Notes: generated by a model from the letters alone, not told the origin. Positions 19,799 to 30,542 are shown, numbered from the stretch's first letter. The stretch: 64,000 nucleotides of DNA from an uncultured archaeon (GCA_964486045.1 CAZALK010000021.1:1-64000); one strand, 5' to 3'. A program made the numbers and translations.

Positions 19799-21278
19799 TT
19801 TCTATCAATTGTTTAATCATATTTTGCCATACCATACGTTTTTTACTTCGCATTTGTTGATTATTTTTTGGTTGAAATAATTTTGAATTCATATTTGAAT
19901 GCATGTTTAACAGATCTTTAGTTTGCCAAATCCCTAACCCTAAACCAGTTAAATATCCAGTTCCAATACTAGTCATTTCACTTTCAGAGGATCTTCTAAC
20001 GGGAATGTTTGAAAAATCACAAATCAATTGATTTACAATATTTGATTGTGATACTCCTCCATCAGTATTTATAGAGTGGAAGGTAATGCCAGTTTCTTTT
20101 TGTATTCCGTCAATAACATCTGTAATACGCATGGCAATTCCTTCAAATATAGCCCGTGCAATGTGAGCCTTTCCTGTAGTCGAGGACATTCCTTGTATAG
20201 AGGCGATAATAGAACTATTAAAATACGGATATTGGATCCCAACTAAGGTGGGTAATATTAATACTTTTTCTGTATCTTGAATTTGATTTGCTAGTTTATT
20301 TAAACTCTCTAGATTCTCTGTTAGTTGAAATATTTGGTTAAACCAGTCAATAAAAGTTCCTACGGTTGCAACAAATCCCTCTACGAGATAAGTTGGTTTA
20401 TTATCAATCACCCATGCTAACGCTGTAATTAATCCAGTTTTTGACACATTTGCACTTTTACCGACATTCATATCAATAAAAGCACCAGATCCTAGTGTGA
20501 TTTTCGCATCTCCCGATTCAAAACAACAATGTCCAAATAAAGATGACTGTTGATCACCTATCACAACTTTTATTGGGATATTTAAGCCTAATAAATCGAT
20601 ATTTGTTTGACCGTAATCATCAATTGTATTCAGTAACCGAGGAAGTATTTTTTCTGGAATATTGAAAATTTCTAATAGGCCATAATTCCATTTTAAATTA
20701 TAAGGATTTAATAAACCAGTAGATGCATTTGTATAATCTGTTGCATGAACCTCTCCTCCAGTTAATTTATAAATCAACCATGTATCTAATGTTCCGAATA
20801 ATATTTTTCCTGCTTCACATTTTTCTTGTAGTCCATCAATATGTTCCAAAAGCCATTTTAAACGAACAATTGTTAAAAATGGATTAAATTGAATTAAAAT
20901 GCCGGTGGTTGATAATAAAGTGAGAGCTTTTTCATTTTTGTTCATTTGATCACTTGTTTCTGCTGACCTTGTATCTGCCCAGCTAATAAAATTGATTATA
21001 GGTTTACCTGTTTCTTTGTCCCAAAGTACAAATGTAGCTCGTTGGTTGGTAATTCCAATTCCTTTTACTTTATCTGGTGAGGTAATATTTTGGATGACAT
21101 CCTGAATTACAGATTGTGTCGTAAACCAGATTTCTTCAGGATCATACTCAATGTATCCCGTTTGAGGTTGTAATATAGAGATAGTTTTGTATTTATGAGC
21201 AATTTTCTTTCCTTCTGAATCAAAAATCGTTGCTCGAATACCTGAAGAACCACAATCAATTATAAGAATAAATTCCAT
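19779..21278 (-). CDS. FGGY-family carbohydrate kinase, glycerol kinase-like
   Basis: IDCGSS, GITNQRAT, FGTLDTWL, TDYTNAS, GDQQSSLFG, DGG; overlaps the kinase start. Confidence 0.9.
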   Translation of the reverse strand: MEFILIIDCGSSGIRATIFDSEGKKIAHKYKTISILQPQTGYIEYDPEEIWFTTQSVIQDVIQNITSPDKVKGIGITNQRATFVLWDKETGKPIINFISWADTRSAETSDQMNKNEKALTLLSTTGILIQFNPFLTIVRLKWLLEHIDGLQEKCEAGKILFGTLDTWLIYKLTGGEVHATDYTNASTGLLNPYNLKWNYGLLEIFNIPEKILPRLLNTIDDYGQTNIDLLGLNIPIKVVIGDQQSSLFGHCCFESGDAKITLGSGAFIDMNVGKSANVSKTGLITALAWVIDNKPTYLVEGFVATVGTFIDWFNQIFQLTENLESLNKLANQIQDTEKVLILPTLVGIQYPYFNSSIIASIQGMSSTTGKAHIARAIFEGIAMRITDVIDGIQKETGITFHSINTDGGVSQSNIVNQLICDFSNIPVRRSSESEMTSIGTGYLTGLGLGIWQTKDLLNMHSNMNSKLFQPKNNQQMRSKKRMVWQNMIKQLIENESKNE

Positions 21279-21576
21279 TTTTTACATATCACGTCCTTGA
21301 GACAGGTATAAAATCTTTTAATACCATTTTTATAAATAAATTTCAAATATTTAAATATTTTTTAATGCGAAAAAATCATAAATTTTCTTTCCATCTTTCT
21401 TGGAGGGTTTATGGTCCTGAGATTCAAATACACTATAATTTTATATCCACACAACTAAAGAGGAAATCAACCCATTCCTAAAAAACACTAGTGTTTTAAA
21501 ATAGAATCTTTTAGTTTTTGATTGTTAAAAATAACAGTTGATAAAAATAAGGGTTAAAAATGATCTAAAAATTCTG

Positions 21577-21864
21577 TTAAAACTCTTCTTCCTCATCGCT
21601 TTCTTTGAGCAAACCAGCTTGCTTTAATAAATCTTCTACACTATCTCGAGCTTTTATAACTTGCTCATTATCTTTAAGCTTTAATTGGTCAATCATAGAG
21701 TCAGAAAATTCCATGAGTTTACCTATTGCATCGTTTGAAAATTCTTTTACTTTCTCAGAAGTTTCCTCAATAAAATCTTTCCCGGATTCTCCAAAGACAC
21801 TACCAACAAAATCTACGAGAGCCTTATTCATTTTATCAATGAAATTTTCTCTTTCTTCACTCAT
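21577..21864 (-). CDS. Small acidic helical hypothetical protein
   Basis: 95-aa ORF with GAGGT SD-like sequence upstream. Confidence 0.7.
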   Translation of the reverse strand: MSEERENFIDKMNKALVDFVGSVFGESGKDFIEETSEKVKEFSNDAIGKLMEFSDSMIDQLKLKDNEQVIKARDSVEDLLKQAGLLKESDEEEEF

Positions 21865-22081
21865 TTTCTCTTACCTCGTTTTTTAATTATTGAGTATAAT
21901 CTTTTTAAATATTAAAATTCATATGATATTTATTATAAATCCAATCTAAATGTAATATTTTACGGTTTGGATATATTATTATTATTAAAGCCAATTTTTT
22001 TAACAAGCCCTAAATAGAAAAACCTTGCTTCTTATGGCACTTTTACTTGTAAGATTTCTTACTTTCTCAGAAATGGATAAA

Positions 22082-23533
22082 TTAATCAATTTTTATGGAT
22101 TTAAAACGGTGAAATGGTGGTTTATGACCTTCTGGGAAAGGAGATTCATAAACTTTGTCTTTAAATGTATTTTTAAACTCATTCCGTGCGTTTGTTATTA
22201 ATTCGGGGTTACTAAGAAATTCTAAAGCAGATAAACAGATGATCTGGGCAGCTTTAATCATACCTCTATGTCCAATACCCATTCCAGAGGTCGCTACATT
22301 TTGCCAAGAATGACCCGGAGATCCCACTACATGGCATGCAGTACCAAACTCTCCTAACGGAGTATTCCATGAGACATCTGCAACATCCGTAGACCCAGCT
22401 GCGACTTTTCCTTTTCCTAAAGGCGGAGCTATTACGGGATAGAGTGGTTCCGAGAGAAATTTCAATGCTACATCTAACATCTCCGGAGGGACTATCTTTT
22501 TTATAGAAGTAACATCTAGTGGAGGTAAAGTCTTTTTTAATTCTTGAGCAAATAGTTGTTCCTCTCTGTTGAATCTTGGGGGCCCCAATTGTCTCATTTT
22601 TTCATAAATTACATTATTCACAACCTCATTACGTATTGGGTTATAGGTTCCATCAATAAAATCAATTTCTAATCGAGTTTCAGTCATTAATACAGCCTCT
22701 TCTGCTACTTTTATTAATCGTTTATATAATTCATCAACTTGGTATCGTTCAGGAGCTCTAACAAAGTAATGTACCTCAGCTTCAGCGGGAACTATATTCG
22801 GAGCAAATCCACCATTTGTAATTACATAATGAAGTCGAGCATCAGATATTATATGTTCTTGAAGGTAATTGGCACCGACATTCATCAGCTCTACTGCATC
22901 GAGTGCACTACGGCCATTATAAGGGTCTACAGCAGCATGAGCAGTTTTTCCGTAGAATTTAAAGAAGATTGAGTTCAAAGCAGTGTTAGATTGGACTGCA
23001 ATGTTATTAACCCAACCGGGATGCCATGTTATAGAAATATCAATATCCTCAAAAAGACCACCGGGACTTATCATATATCCTTTTGCATTAAAATTTTCCT
23101 CTGCAGGACAACCATAATATCTTATTGTTCCTTTTACGTCTCCGGCATCAATTGCTTTTTTAACTGCTAATACACCTGCTACTCCTGCGGTTCCTAAAAG
23201 ATTATGACTACATCCATGACCTGGAGCACCTTCCTTTAAAGGTTTTCTTATCTCCCCCGCAACCTGACTTAATCCAGGTAAAGCGTCATATTCACCTAAT
23301 ATCGCGATAGTTGGTTTACAACTACCATAAGATGCAACAAATGCGGTAGGCATTGCTGCAACTCCCATCTCAACATTAAATCCATTTTCTTTGAGAGTTT
23401 TTGCTAATAACTCAGAAGATTTATATTCATAAAATCCCAGTTCAGCAAAACCCCATATTTTATCGCTTATTTCTGTGAAAGTATGTTGATTCCTCTTTAT
23501 CCATTTTGAATATTCACTAAATTTCCTTGCCAG
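22082..23533 (-). CDS. M20 amidohydrolase, AbgB (p-aminobenzoyl-glutamate hydrolase B)-like
   Basis: EYDALPGL, GHGCSHNLLG, GCPAEE, WHP, GSTDVADVSW. Frame extends 55 codons upstream of the track start (IWGFAELGFYEYKSS) to CTG at 23533. Confidence 0.88.
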   Translation of the reverse strand: MARKFSEYSKWIKRNQHTFTEISDKIWGFAELGFYEYKSSELLAKTLKENGFNVEMGVAAMPTAFVASYGSCKPTIAILGEYDALPGLSQVAGEIRKPLKEGAPGHGCSHNLLGTAGVAGVLAVKKAIDAGDVKGTIRYYGCPAEENFNAKGYMISPGGLFEDIDISITWHPGWVNNIAVQSNTALNSIFFKFYGKTAHAAVDPYNGRSALDAVELMNVGANYLQEHIISDARLHYVITNGGFAPNIVPAEAEVHYFVRAPERYQVDELYKRLIKVAEEAVLMTETRLEIDFIDGTYNPIRNEVVNNVIYEKMRQLGPPRFNREEQLFAQELKKTLPPLDVTSIKKIVPPEMLDVALKFLSEPLYPVIAPPLGKGKVAAGSTDVADVSWNTPLGEFGTACHVVGSPGHSWQNVATSGMGIGHRGMIKAAQIICLSALEFLSNPELITNARNEFKNTFKDKVYESPFPEGHKPPFHRFKSIKID

Positions 23534-23676
23534 TTTCCTTCACATTTTTTATTGTTAGTATAATTTAATCATAAATAATTGAGATTATCTTTAAAAACTT
23601 TACAACCGATAATTTTTTTAGATAGATGTGATAGATAGAAGTATCTTTTATTCAAAATCTTTACAATTTATGCTAA

Positions 23677-25680
23677 TTGTGTGAACTAATTATGAGTGAC
23701 GAGAGAAAAAAACTTTGGGAGCCTTCAAAAAAATGGATAAAAAATGCAGAAATAACGCGTTTCATTGAATATGTCAACAGCATATATAAAATGAAAATTA
23801 AAGGAGCAAAAGAATTATATCAATGGTCGATCGATTATATTGAGAATTTTTGGGAAGCTATGTGGGATTTTGGTGGTATAATTGCTTCAAAGAAATATGA
23901 TAAAGTTGTTGAAGACTTAAATGTATTCCCCGGCACTAAGTGGTTCCCAGGAGCAATGCTCAATTTTGCTGAGAATCTATTAAGATACAAGGATGACCAA
24001 TTTGCGTTTATATTTCAAGGTGAATCTAAAAAGACCGAACTAATCACATATGAAAATTTAAACAAACAAGTTGCGAGATTAGCTCAATCTCTTCGGGAAA
24101 CTGGGGTGAAAGTAGGAGATAGAGTGGTATCTTATATTCCAAACTTAATTGAAACGCCTACAGCCATGCTAGCCACTACAGCAATTGGTGCTATCTGGGC
24201 TTCTTGTGGAGCGGAATTACAAGCCAGTGCTGTGATAGATCGATTTGGACAAATTGAGCCAAAAGTACTATTTACTGTCGATGGGTACTATTACAGAGAT
24301 AAAGTTTTTGATATTATCCCTAATGTTAAAGAAGTAGTGAAAGCAATTCCTTCGATTGAGAAGGTTGTCGTAGTTTCGTATGTATCTGATGGAAAACCAG
24401 ATATTACCAGTATTCCTAATAGTATTCATTGGGATGAATTTCTTTCTCAAGAAGAAGATCCTAACCTAAATTTTGAACAATTACCCTTTAATCATCCTGT
24501 ATATGTCATGTTTTCAAGTGGAACTACCGGAAAGCCAAAATGTATGGTCCAAGGAGCAGGAGGAGTATTAATTAATCACTTAAAGGAACTTATTTTAGCA
24601 ACAGACCTTAGACGATCTGATGTAATAAATTACATAACTGCGCCATCTTGGATGATGTGGAATTGGTTGATTAGTTCTCTGGCTGTAGGAGCAACTATTT
24701 TTATTTATGATGGAAACCCCCTATACCCAACTCCTCTTAGAATGTTTGAACTCATAGAGAAATATAAAATCTCTATTTTCGGCACAAGCGCATCTTACTT
24801 ACATCATCTAATGGGGATTGATGCTAAACCCTCTGAAAAATATGATATAAGTTCCCTGCGAATAATTTCACAAACCGCGTCTACTCTTTCTCCTGAAGGA
24901 TTTGAATATGTGTATAAACGAATAAAACAAGATCTTTTTTTTAATTCTATCAGTGGAGGTACTGACTTTAACGGATGTTTTGCTTGTGCAGTACCTATTC
25001 TTCCTGTATATTCCGGTGAAATACAAGGGAAATCATTAGCTATGAAAGTTCAATCTTATAATGATGATGGTGAAGTAGTTGAAGATGGACAAGCCGAACT
25101 CGTATGCGAAATGCCCTCTCCTTCAATGCCTATTTATTTCTGGGGGGATGACGACAACATGACAAAATATAAAGCTGCATACTTCGATTTTTTTAAAGAA
25201 AAGGGTAAGAATGTGTGGCGCCATGGTGATTATATTGTAATTCATAGCGATACTGGAGGTATTACATTCTGGGGTAGATCTGATTCTGTACTCAAACCAA
25301 GTGGAGTAAGAATTGGTACAGCAGAAATTTATAATGTGGTTGAACAACTTCCAGAGATAGCAGATTCGCTTGTAATTGGCCAGAAAATCAGTGGGGATAT
25401 CCGAATAGTTATGTTTATTTTACTGAATGAGGGATTTAAGTTAACAGATGAATTGAAATTAAAAATTAGAAAAACATTGAGAGAGAAAACTTCCCCTAGA
25501 CATGTTCCCAAGCTTATAATACAAGCACCCCCAGATGGTATACCCTATACATTTAGCAATAAAAAAGTTGAGATTGCAGTGACCAAGATAATTCATGGAA
25601 TGACAGTAGCCAATAGAGGTGCTTTAAGAAACCCAGAATCATTAGATTTCTACAAAGAAATGAAGTCCAAACTTCAATAA
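23677..25680 (+). CDS. Acetoacetate-CoA ligase
   Basis: WFPGAMLNFAENLL, SSGTTGKPKC, WMMWNW, SISGGTD, WRHGD, GVRIGTAEIY; probable start MSDERK at 23692. Confidence 0.92.
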   Translation: MCELIMSDERKKLWEPSKKWIKNAEITRFIEYVNSIYKMKIKGAKELYQWSIDYIENFWEAMWDFGGIIASKKYDKVVEDLNVFPGTKWFPGAMLNFAENLLRYKDDQFAFIFQGESKKTELITYENLNKQVARLAQSLRETGVKVGDRVVSYIPNLIETPTAMLATTAIGAIWASCGAELQASAVIDRFGQIEPKVLFTVDGYYYRDKVFDIIPNVKEVVKAIPSIEKVVVVSYVSDGKPDITSIPNSIHWDEFLSQEEDPNLNFEQLPFNHPVYVMFSSGTTGKPKCMVQGAGGVLINHLKELILATDLRRSDVINYITAPSWMMWNWLISSLAVGATIFIYDGNPLYPTPLRMFELIEKYKISIFGTSASYLHHLMGIDAKPSEKYDISSLRIISQTASTLSPEGFEYVYKRIKQDLFFNSISGGTDFNGCFACAVPILPVYSGEIQGKSLAMKVQSYNDDGEVVEDGQAELVCEMPSPSMPIYFWGDDDNMTKYKAAYFDFFKEKGKNVWRHGDYIVIHSDTGGITFWGRSDSVLKPSGVRIGTAEIYNVVEQLPEIADSLVIGQKISGDIRIVMFILLNEGFKLTDELKLKIRKTLREKTSPRHVPKLIIQAPPDGIPYTFSNKKVEIAVTKIIHGMTVANRGALRNPESLDFYKEMKSKLQ

Positions 25681-25816
25681 TAAAATTTTTTTATTTCTTT
25701 TTATCTGAACCTCATTTTCTGCATAAAAAAGAAATATATGTCAAAAAGTAAAAAATATAAGGCTCTTTAACCATAAGTATTTTGAATTACTTAAAAATTT
25801 AAAAATATAGCGAATT

Positions 25817-26011
25817 ATGACTCTAAAACCTATCAAAGAAGATATAATAAAACTCATACAAGAGTTACCCGATGATGCAACATTAGAGGATATTCAATAT
25901 CATCTCTTTGTAAAACAAAAGCTTTTAAGAGCAGAAGAACAAATGAAAGAAGGAAAAACAGTTCCACATGAACAAGTCATGGAAAAGGCTAGGAAGAAAT
26001 GGTTCAATTAG
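25817..26011 (+). CDS. Putative antitoxin of a RelE/ParE module
   Basis: 64 aa, LPDDATLEDIQYHL...GKTVPHEQV, overlapping the downstream toxin-like ORF. Confidence 0.75.
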   Translation: MTLKPIKEDIIKLIQELPDDATLEDIQYHLFVKQKLLRAEEQMKEGKTVPHEQVMEKARKKWFN

Positions 26012-26205
26012 AATGGGCTGAAGAAGCTGAAGAAGATTTAGATGATATACTTTCTTACCTTTCAAAAAGCTCATCTCAATATGCTAATTTAAGAGACAGG
26101 GAATTATTCATTCAAAAATATAGACTAATTTATAGGTTCCTAGAGGAGGATGATAAAATCTTAATAATGATGATAATTCATGGAAGTAGATTATTGAAAT
26201 TATAA
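25999..26205 (+). pseudogene. RelE/ParE toxin with in-frame internal deletion
   Basis: WAEEAEEDLDDI..Y and RELFIQKYRLIYR...IIHGSR are present, but the central helix/FPxxGR segment is missing (68 aa). Confidence 0.7.
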
Positions 26206-26350
26206 GATTATCAAACACCTCCTAATGAATTTCCTTATACATTTAACAACAAACAAGTTCAGATTATTGTGACTAAAACTCTCCTTGGTATGTTAGTTGA
26301 TAATTGTGGAGCTCATAGGAATCCCGATTCTCTTGATTTTACATGGAAAT
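26204..26350 (+). pseudogene. Diverged duplicate of the 3' end of the acetoacetate-CoA ligase gene
   Basis: PPNEFPYTFNNKQVQIIVTKTLLGMLVDNCGAHRNPDSLDF versus PPDGIPYTFSNKKVEIAVTKIIHGMTVANRGALRNPESLDF (about 25510-25670). Confidence 0.85.
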
Positions 26351-26435
26351 AGAGAATAAACTTTATAGAGATTAAGTATAAAAAAGTCTAATCTAATATA
26401 TGTTATAAGAACTAAACCTAAATCTTTAGCATAAA

Positions 26436-27884
26436 ATGCCTATATGCCCTAGATGTAGAACAAGAAATAAATCTACATATAATTTTTGTCGAAATTGTGG
26501 GAAAAAGATTAAATATTCAATTAAAGACTATAAACCAATAAAAAAGCAGATATCTGAATATAAAATAAATGAATTCATCACACTAAAACTTGAAAATGGG
26601 AAAACTGTAATCTATATTAAAGGAAAAAAATTCATTCAGTGTAAATATTTATTAATAGAAATTCCAAAAGAGAACATTGAAGATTATGATGAATTCATAT
26701 CAATTGATGACATCAGCGAAACCCTCGATCATACCTTTGAAAAAACTATGAGTTATAATCAAATAAAACCAGAAATCGAATTTTGGGGTCATTGTTCTAA
26801 TCTACAAGCCTGGTCTGAAAACACCTATGACACAAGTTTACTCCATAGTAATTTAGCTTTTCCTCTACTAAAAAAATTGACGGATGTGGGAGATCCCAAA
26901 GCGAAAAGCGTTTTCAAAGATGAAATTGCTGAGAGGTTAACTAATGTTTACACAAATGTTGCTCAATATTTAATTCAAGAGAACTATCTTGAATATTTTG
27001 ATAATGAGGAACTGGAATTATTAATGGAAATATTTTTTGAGCAAATTGAACAGAAATTTAAAGAAAAACAAGGCTTTCTCCTTGATAAAAGCGAAATGGA
27101 TATGGTTTTGAATATCATTAAACCTAATTTAAAGAATTCAAAGACTTTTTTACTTAATCATCTAAAACCTGTTGAGAAAATTAATAAGGAAACTCATTTG
27201 GGTTTTTCTCACAAAGGAAACCGAATTATTGTTGTAGGTTTTAATCGATGTGGATTAAAAATCCTGCCCCCTTCCATAGGATATCTAAAACAGTTAGAAG
27301 AACTCTATTTAACCGAAAATAAACTTAAGAATCTTCCAGAATCGATAGGGAATTTAAATTCTCTGAAAAAGCTCGATTTAAGTGATAATCACATAATAGA
27401 ACTTCCTAGTGAAATTGAAAACTTAACTAACCTTAAAGAATTATATTTAGACCATAATATCATTACTTCTATATCTGGTTCGATTGCTAAATTAAGAAAC
27501 CTAGAGGTTTTATCAATATGGGGTAATCAATTAAGGAATTTACCAAAAAACATGAATAACTTGGATTCATTAAAAGTTTTAGGTCTGAGCTATAATCAAT
27601 TGGAAGAATTTCCCAATCTTACAACAGGCTTTAAAAATCTCGAAATTTTAGATTTAAGTAATAATATAATTAAAAAAATACCAGAAACTATTTACAATTT
27701 AAAATCGTTAAAAGTTCTATGGTTAAATAATAATCCAATTAATAAAATTACAGAAAGTTTATTGGATCTTCAATCTCTCTCAGATTTGTATATCGTAAAC
27801 ACACCGATAGCTTCCAAAGGGGATAATGAAATTAAAAAAATCTTTAGACTTTTGGAATCAAAAGATATTAATATCTGGAAATAG
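26436..27884 (+). CDS. Leucine-rich repeat protein with N-terminal zinc ribbon and Lokiarchaeia-type conserved domain
   Basis: CPRC..CRNC; EFWGHCSNLQAW...LLHSNLAFPLLKKL; about 8 LxxLxLxxNxLxxLP repeats. Confidence 0.9.
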   Translation: MPICPRCRTRNKSTYNFCRNCGKKIKYSIKDYKPIKKQISEYKINEFITLKLENGKTVIYIKGKKFIQCKYLLIEIPKENIEDYDEFISIDDISETLDHTFEKTMSYNQIKPEIEFWGHCSNLQAWSENTYDTSLLHSNLAFPLLKKLTDVGDPKAKSVFKDEIAERLTNVYTNVAQYLIQENYLEYFDNEELELLMEIFFEQIEQKFKEKQGFLLDKSEMDMVLNIIKPNLKNSKTFLLNHLKPVEKINKETHLGFSHKGNRIIVVGFNRCGLKILPPSIGYLKQLEELYLTENKLKNLPESIGNLNSLKKLDLSDNHIIELPSEIENLTNLKELYLDHNIITSISGSIAKLRNLEVLSIWGNQLRNLPKNMNNLDSLKVLGLSYNQLEEFPNLTTGFKNLEILDLSNNIIKKIPETIYNLKSLKVLWLNNNPINKITESLLDLQSLSDLYIVNTPIASKGDNEIKKIFRLLESKDINIWK

Positions 27885-27910
27885 AAAAATTATTTTTAGT
27901 TTACATTTGA

Positions 27911-28597
27911 TCATTTCATCTTTGTTCGAAAACTCTCAAATATTAATAACACTCCAATGATTAACGAAGAAGGCGCAGCAATTATAGTTACGTTTAACAA
28001 TAGATCTGTTGTTCCAGTAATGACAGGATAGCCCGCTAATATTTCTGGTCTTATAATGCATCCCAACCCAATAAATATTGCACCAATAATTATTTTTATT
28101 GTCGTCTTTTTAGTTGCATCTGAATTTCTCAAAAATATTACTAGAAATATATAGGGAATGAACGATGTTCCAAAGAAAATCATTATGAGAACAAATACAG
28201 GCAAACTGGTAAAACCTAGCAGTATTACTATAATGAAAGGAATTACTCCTGCAAAATAATGTCTTTCATAAGTTATCTTATTCATAACTTTTTCTAAATG
28301 GATGATTTTGTTCCAAAAAGGGAAAAATAGTATCATTATTCTAATTCTAAGCAGTAAATTCGAAATTTCAATATTAGTCAAAAAAAATACTGAAAGAATG
28401 TTTATTATATTTTCGAACCCAATAAAAAAATAAAACATTTCCCATGAAAATAAGTCATTATAGAAATGGAAATCTCGCTCTTTTGTAAACCTTTTAGAAA
28501 TGTATAGTTTATTTATGATCAATAATGCAAACATAATTGATAAAAAAGCACTTACGGTGAATAGTATCACACTTATTATTACTAGGCTCATAATCAT
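27911..28597 (-). CDS. Multi-pass membrane protein of unknown function
   Basis: About 6-7 hydrophobic segments in 228 aa. Confidence 0.75.
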   Translation of the reverse strand: MIMSLVIISVILFTVSAFLSIMFALLIINKLYISKRFTKERDFHFYNDLFSWEMFYFFIGFENIINILSVFFLTNIEISNLLLRIRIMILFFPFWNKIIHLEKVMNKITYERHYFAGVIPFIIVILLGFTSLPVFVLIMIFFGTSFIPYIFLVIFLRNSDATKKTTIKIIIGAIFIGLGCIIRPEILAGYPVITGTTDLLLNVTIIAAPSSLIIGVLLIFESFRTKMK

Positions 28598-28618
28598 CTC
28601 TCTAGGTGAAATTAAAAA

Positions 28619-29914
28619 TTATTTAAGGTAAAATAATAGAACTGGCACTAGATGGCTTTTTAGTGATAATCGTTCATTTTTCACCTGATTTACTAATCTT
28701 CCAGCCATCATATTAATAGAATCTTCAGCTAAATCGAGATTAAAGATTTTTCTGTAGCTAGGTTTATCTGGGTTTATAATAATTTTTTTTTGCCACTGAA
28801 GACCCACGGCATTAGCTTGGAGTTGTAATCCAGCTAAAGCCATCCCGGCTTCAATTTCTGCCCAGTATCTCGGATTCATAAACGCCTTCCCTATTTTACT
28901 ATGCATAAAACCTGAACATGGCGCTTTACGATCAATACACAGTAAAATTAAGCAGTTTGATAAATCAATTCCAAATTCCTCTTCAATTTCAGTTTTTGAA
29001 TTGTCGGTAGTAAATTCTTGGATAAAATGATCATAATTCACCTCCGTATTTACCCGAACCCATCTATTTAGCGCGGAAAATCCTACAGGATTATAAATAT
29101 AACCTCCTTTTGGTAGATCGGCAAAATTTTCTACAAATACCATTGGATAAACAGAATAACCAGCACAACCTGAAGCATGAACTCGCCCATAACCAAATTT
29201 TTCTATACCGTCTCGATTACCATGAGTTGTATGATCAGTTTCCCCTTGGCATGCCCAGAGTAATTGGGATAGATCATGCATTGATATGTTATTAGGAATC
29301 CGTTTTTCAATTTTATCATAAATTACAGAATCTAAAGGCACACCTTCATAAGATCCATTATATATCCCGCGATTTTTATAACAATCTGGAGTATCAAGGA
29401 GAAATGTTCCTTCTTCCAACTCGCTTTGGTACGGTTTTGATGAATCTTCTACTAATTCACCACGATCTCTGCCTCGTACTGCAACCGAGTATAGCCATAC
29501 ATGATTTTGATTTGTAACCTTATTTATGAGTTTATTTAATTTTTTTGGTGGTCTTGCACGTTGGGAGATACCAAGCCCCAAACTTCCTACTTTTAATGAA
29601 AGATATTGCCAGCATAGTCCTACGCGAATTAAATCCTCCAAATCTATTGTATCTTTCCAAAATAATTCTGGATAGAGTTCCATACTATGAGTAGTTTTCT
29701 CCTTATCTGTAACTAATGTAAATTCTTTACTATTATATTTGTATATACCACCAGTATAATCATCCCCATCGGGAAGCACAATAAATAAATTATTTGCTTG
29801 CGCAGCTTGAAGTGTCGATTTACAAATCTTTAAAATGTCTTGTAACGGTAAGGGTTGACCTTCACCAGAAGAATCTTTACGACTTGCTAGACAACCTTGT
29901 AGACTCATTTTCAT
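28619..29914 (-). CDS. Divergent tandem nitroreductase/SagB-like protein
   Basis: DLSQLLWACQG...GRVHASGCAGYSVYP...GGYIYNP...IEAGMALAGLQLQANAVGL, with a degenerate N-terminal copy. Confidence 0.6.
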   Translation of the reverse strand: MKMSLQGCLASRKDSSGEGQPLPLQDILKICKSTLQAAQANNLFIVLPDGDDYTGGIYKYNSKEFTLVTDKEKTTHSMELYPELFWKDTIDLEDLIRVGLCWQYLSLKVGSLGLGISQRARPPKKLNKLINKVTNQNHVWLYSVAVRGRDRGELVEDSSKPYQSELEEGTFLLDTPDCYKNRGIYNGSYEGVPLDSVIYDKIEKRIPNNISMHDLSQLLWACQGETDHTTHGNRDGIEKFGYGRVHASGCAGYSVYPMVFVENFADLPKGGYIYNPVGFSALNRWVRVNTEVNYDHFIQEFTTDNSKTEIEEEFGIDLSNCLILLCIDRKAPCSGFMHSKIGKAFMNPRYWAEIEAGMALAGLQLQANAVGLQWQKKIIINPDKPSYRKIFNLDLAEDSINMMAGRLVNQVKNERLSLKSHLVPVLLFYLK

Positions 29915-30269
29915 AATATTTTGTTTTCAAACTTTGAAATTAAAGACAAAATAAAGCGTTTATCATCTTTTTTTAGTGAAAGAAAATAATTTAAGACTTT
30001 CTAATTTGATAAAGTGGTAACTTTTCGAATTAAGTTATGGATTGACTAAACCTCGTGAAGATTATATAAAATTTCCTAAATTTTCCCATACTCTATTAAC
30101 GAGAGAAGATTTTATTTGAAAATAAAATGTCTGAAAAGTAAATTAGAAAATTCTAATAATTAAAAAAAAAGATAAGATTTGATAACAATTGCAAAACAGA
30201 TTTTTACTATTATTATTTTTTTCTTACAATAATTTATTCCTTTTTGTAGCTTTTTATAGATTCATAGAA

Positions 30270-30542
30270 CTAAAAGCGGAAATTTCCTCTACCGCCTCTA
30301 TTATATGGGCTAGGAGGTGCTTTTTCAGTGACAACAACGTTGCTTGCTTGAGGTCCTTTTTGACCATCAACTACCTCAAACTCAACTTTATCATTTTCGT
30401 TCAAAGTTTTATATTCGTCATCTCTTCCACTTAATGCGCTGTAATGAACAAATACATCAGTTCCTTCCTCACTGTTTATAAATCCATAACCTTTTCGGCT
30501 ATTAAACCATTTTACTGTTCCTTTTACCAATTTCAAAACCAA
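30270..30542 (-). CDS. Cold-shock domain protein with short RGG tail
   Basis: GTVKWFN, RNP1 KGYGFI, RNP2 DVFVHYS, KGPQA. Confidence 0.95.
   Translation of the reverse strand: MVLKLVKGTVKWFNSRKGYGFINSEEGTDVFVHYSALSGRDDEYKTLNENDKVEFEVVDGQKGPQASNVVVTEKAPPSPYNRGGRGNFRF

Noticed and set aside
21300-22080. Possible gene remnants in the intergenic gaps near 21380-21480 and 21990-22080
   Set aside because: Multiple stops and no identifiable family; cannot be supported by eye.
26204-26350. Possible DGR template repeat for the acetoacetate-CoA ligase 3' end (likewise 17538-17624)
   Set aside because: Mismatches are not confined to adenines and many are synonymous, and no reverse transcriptase is in the window.
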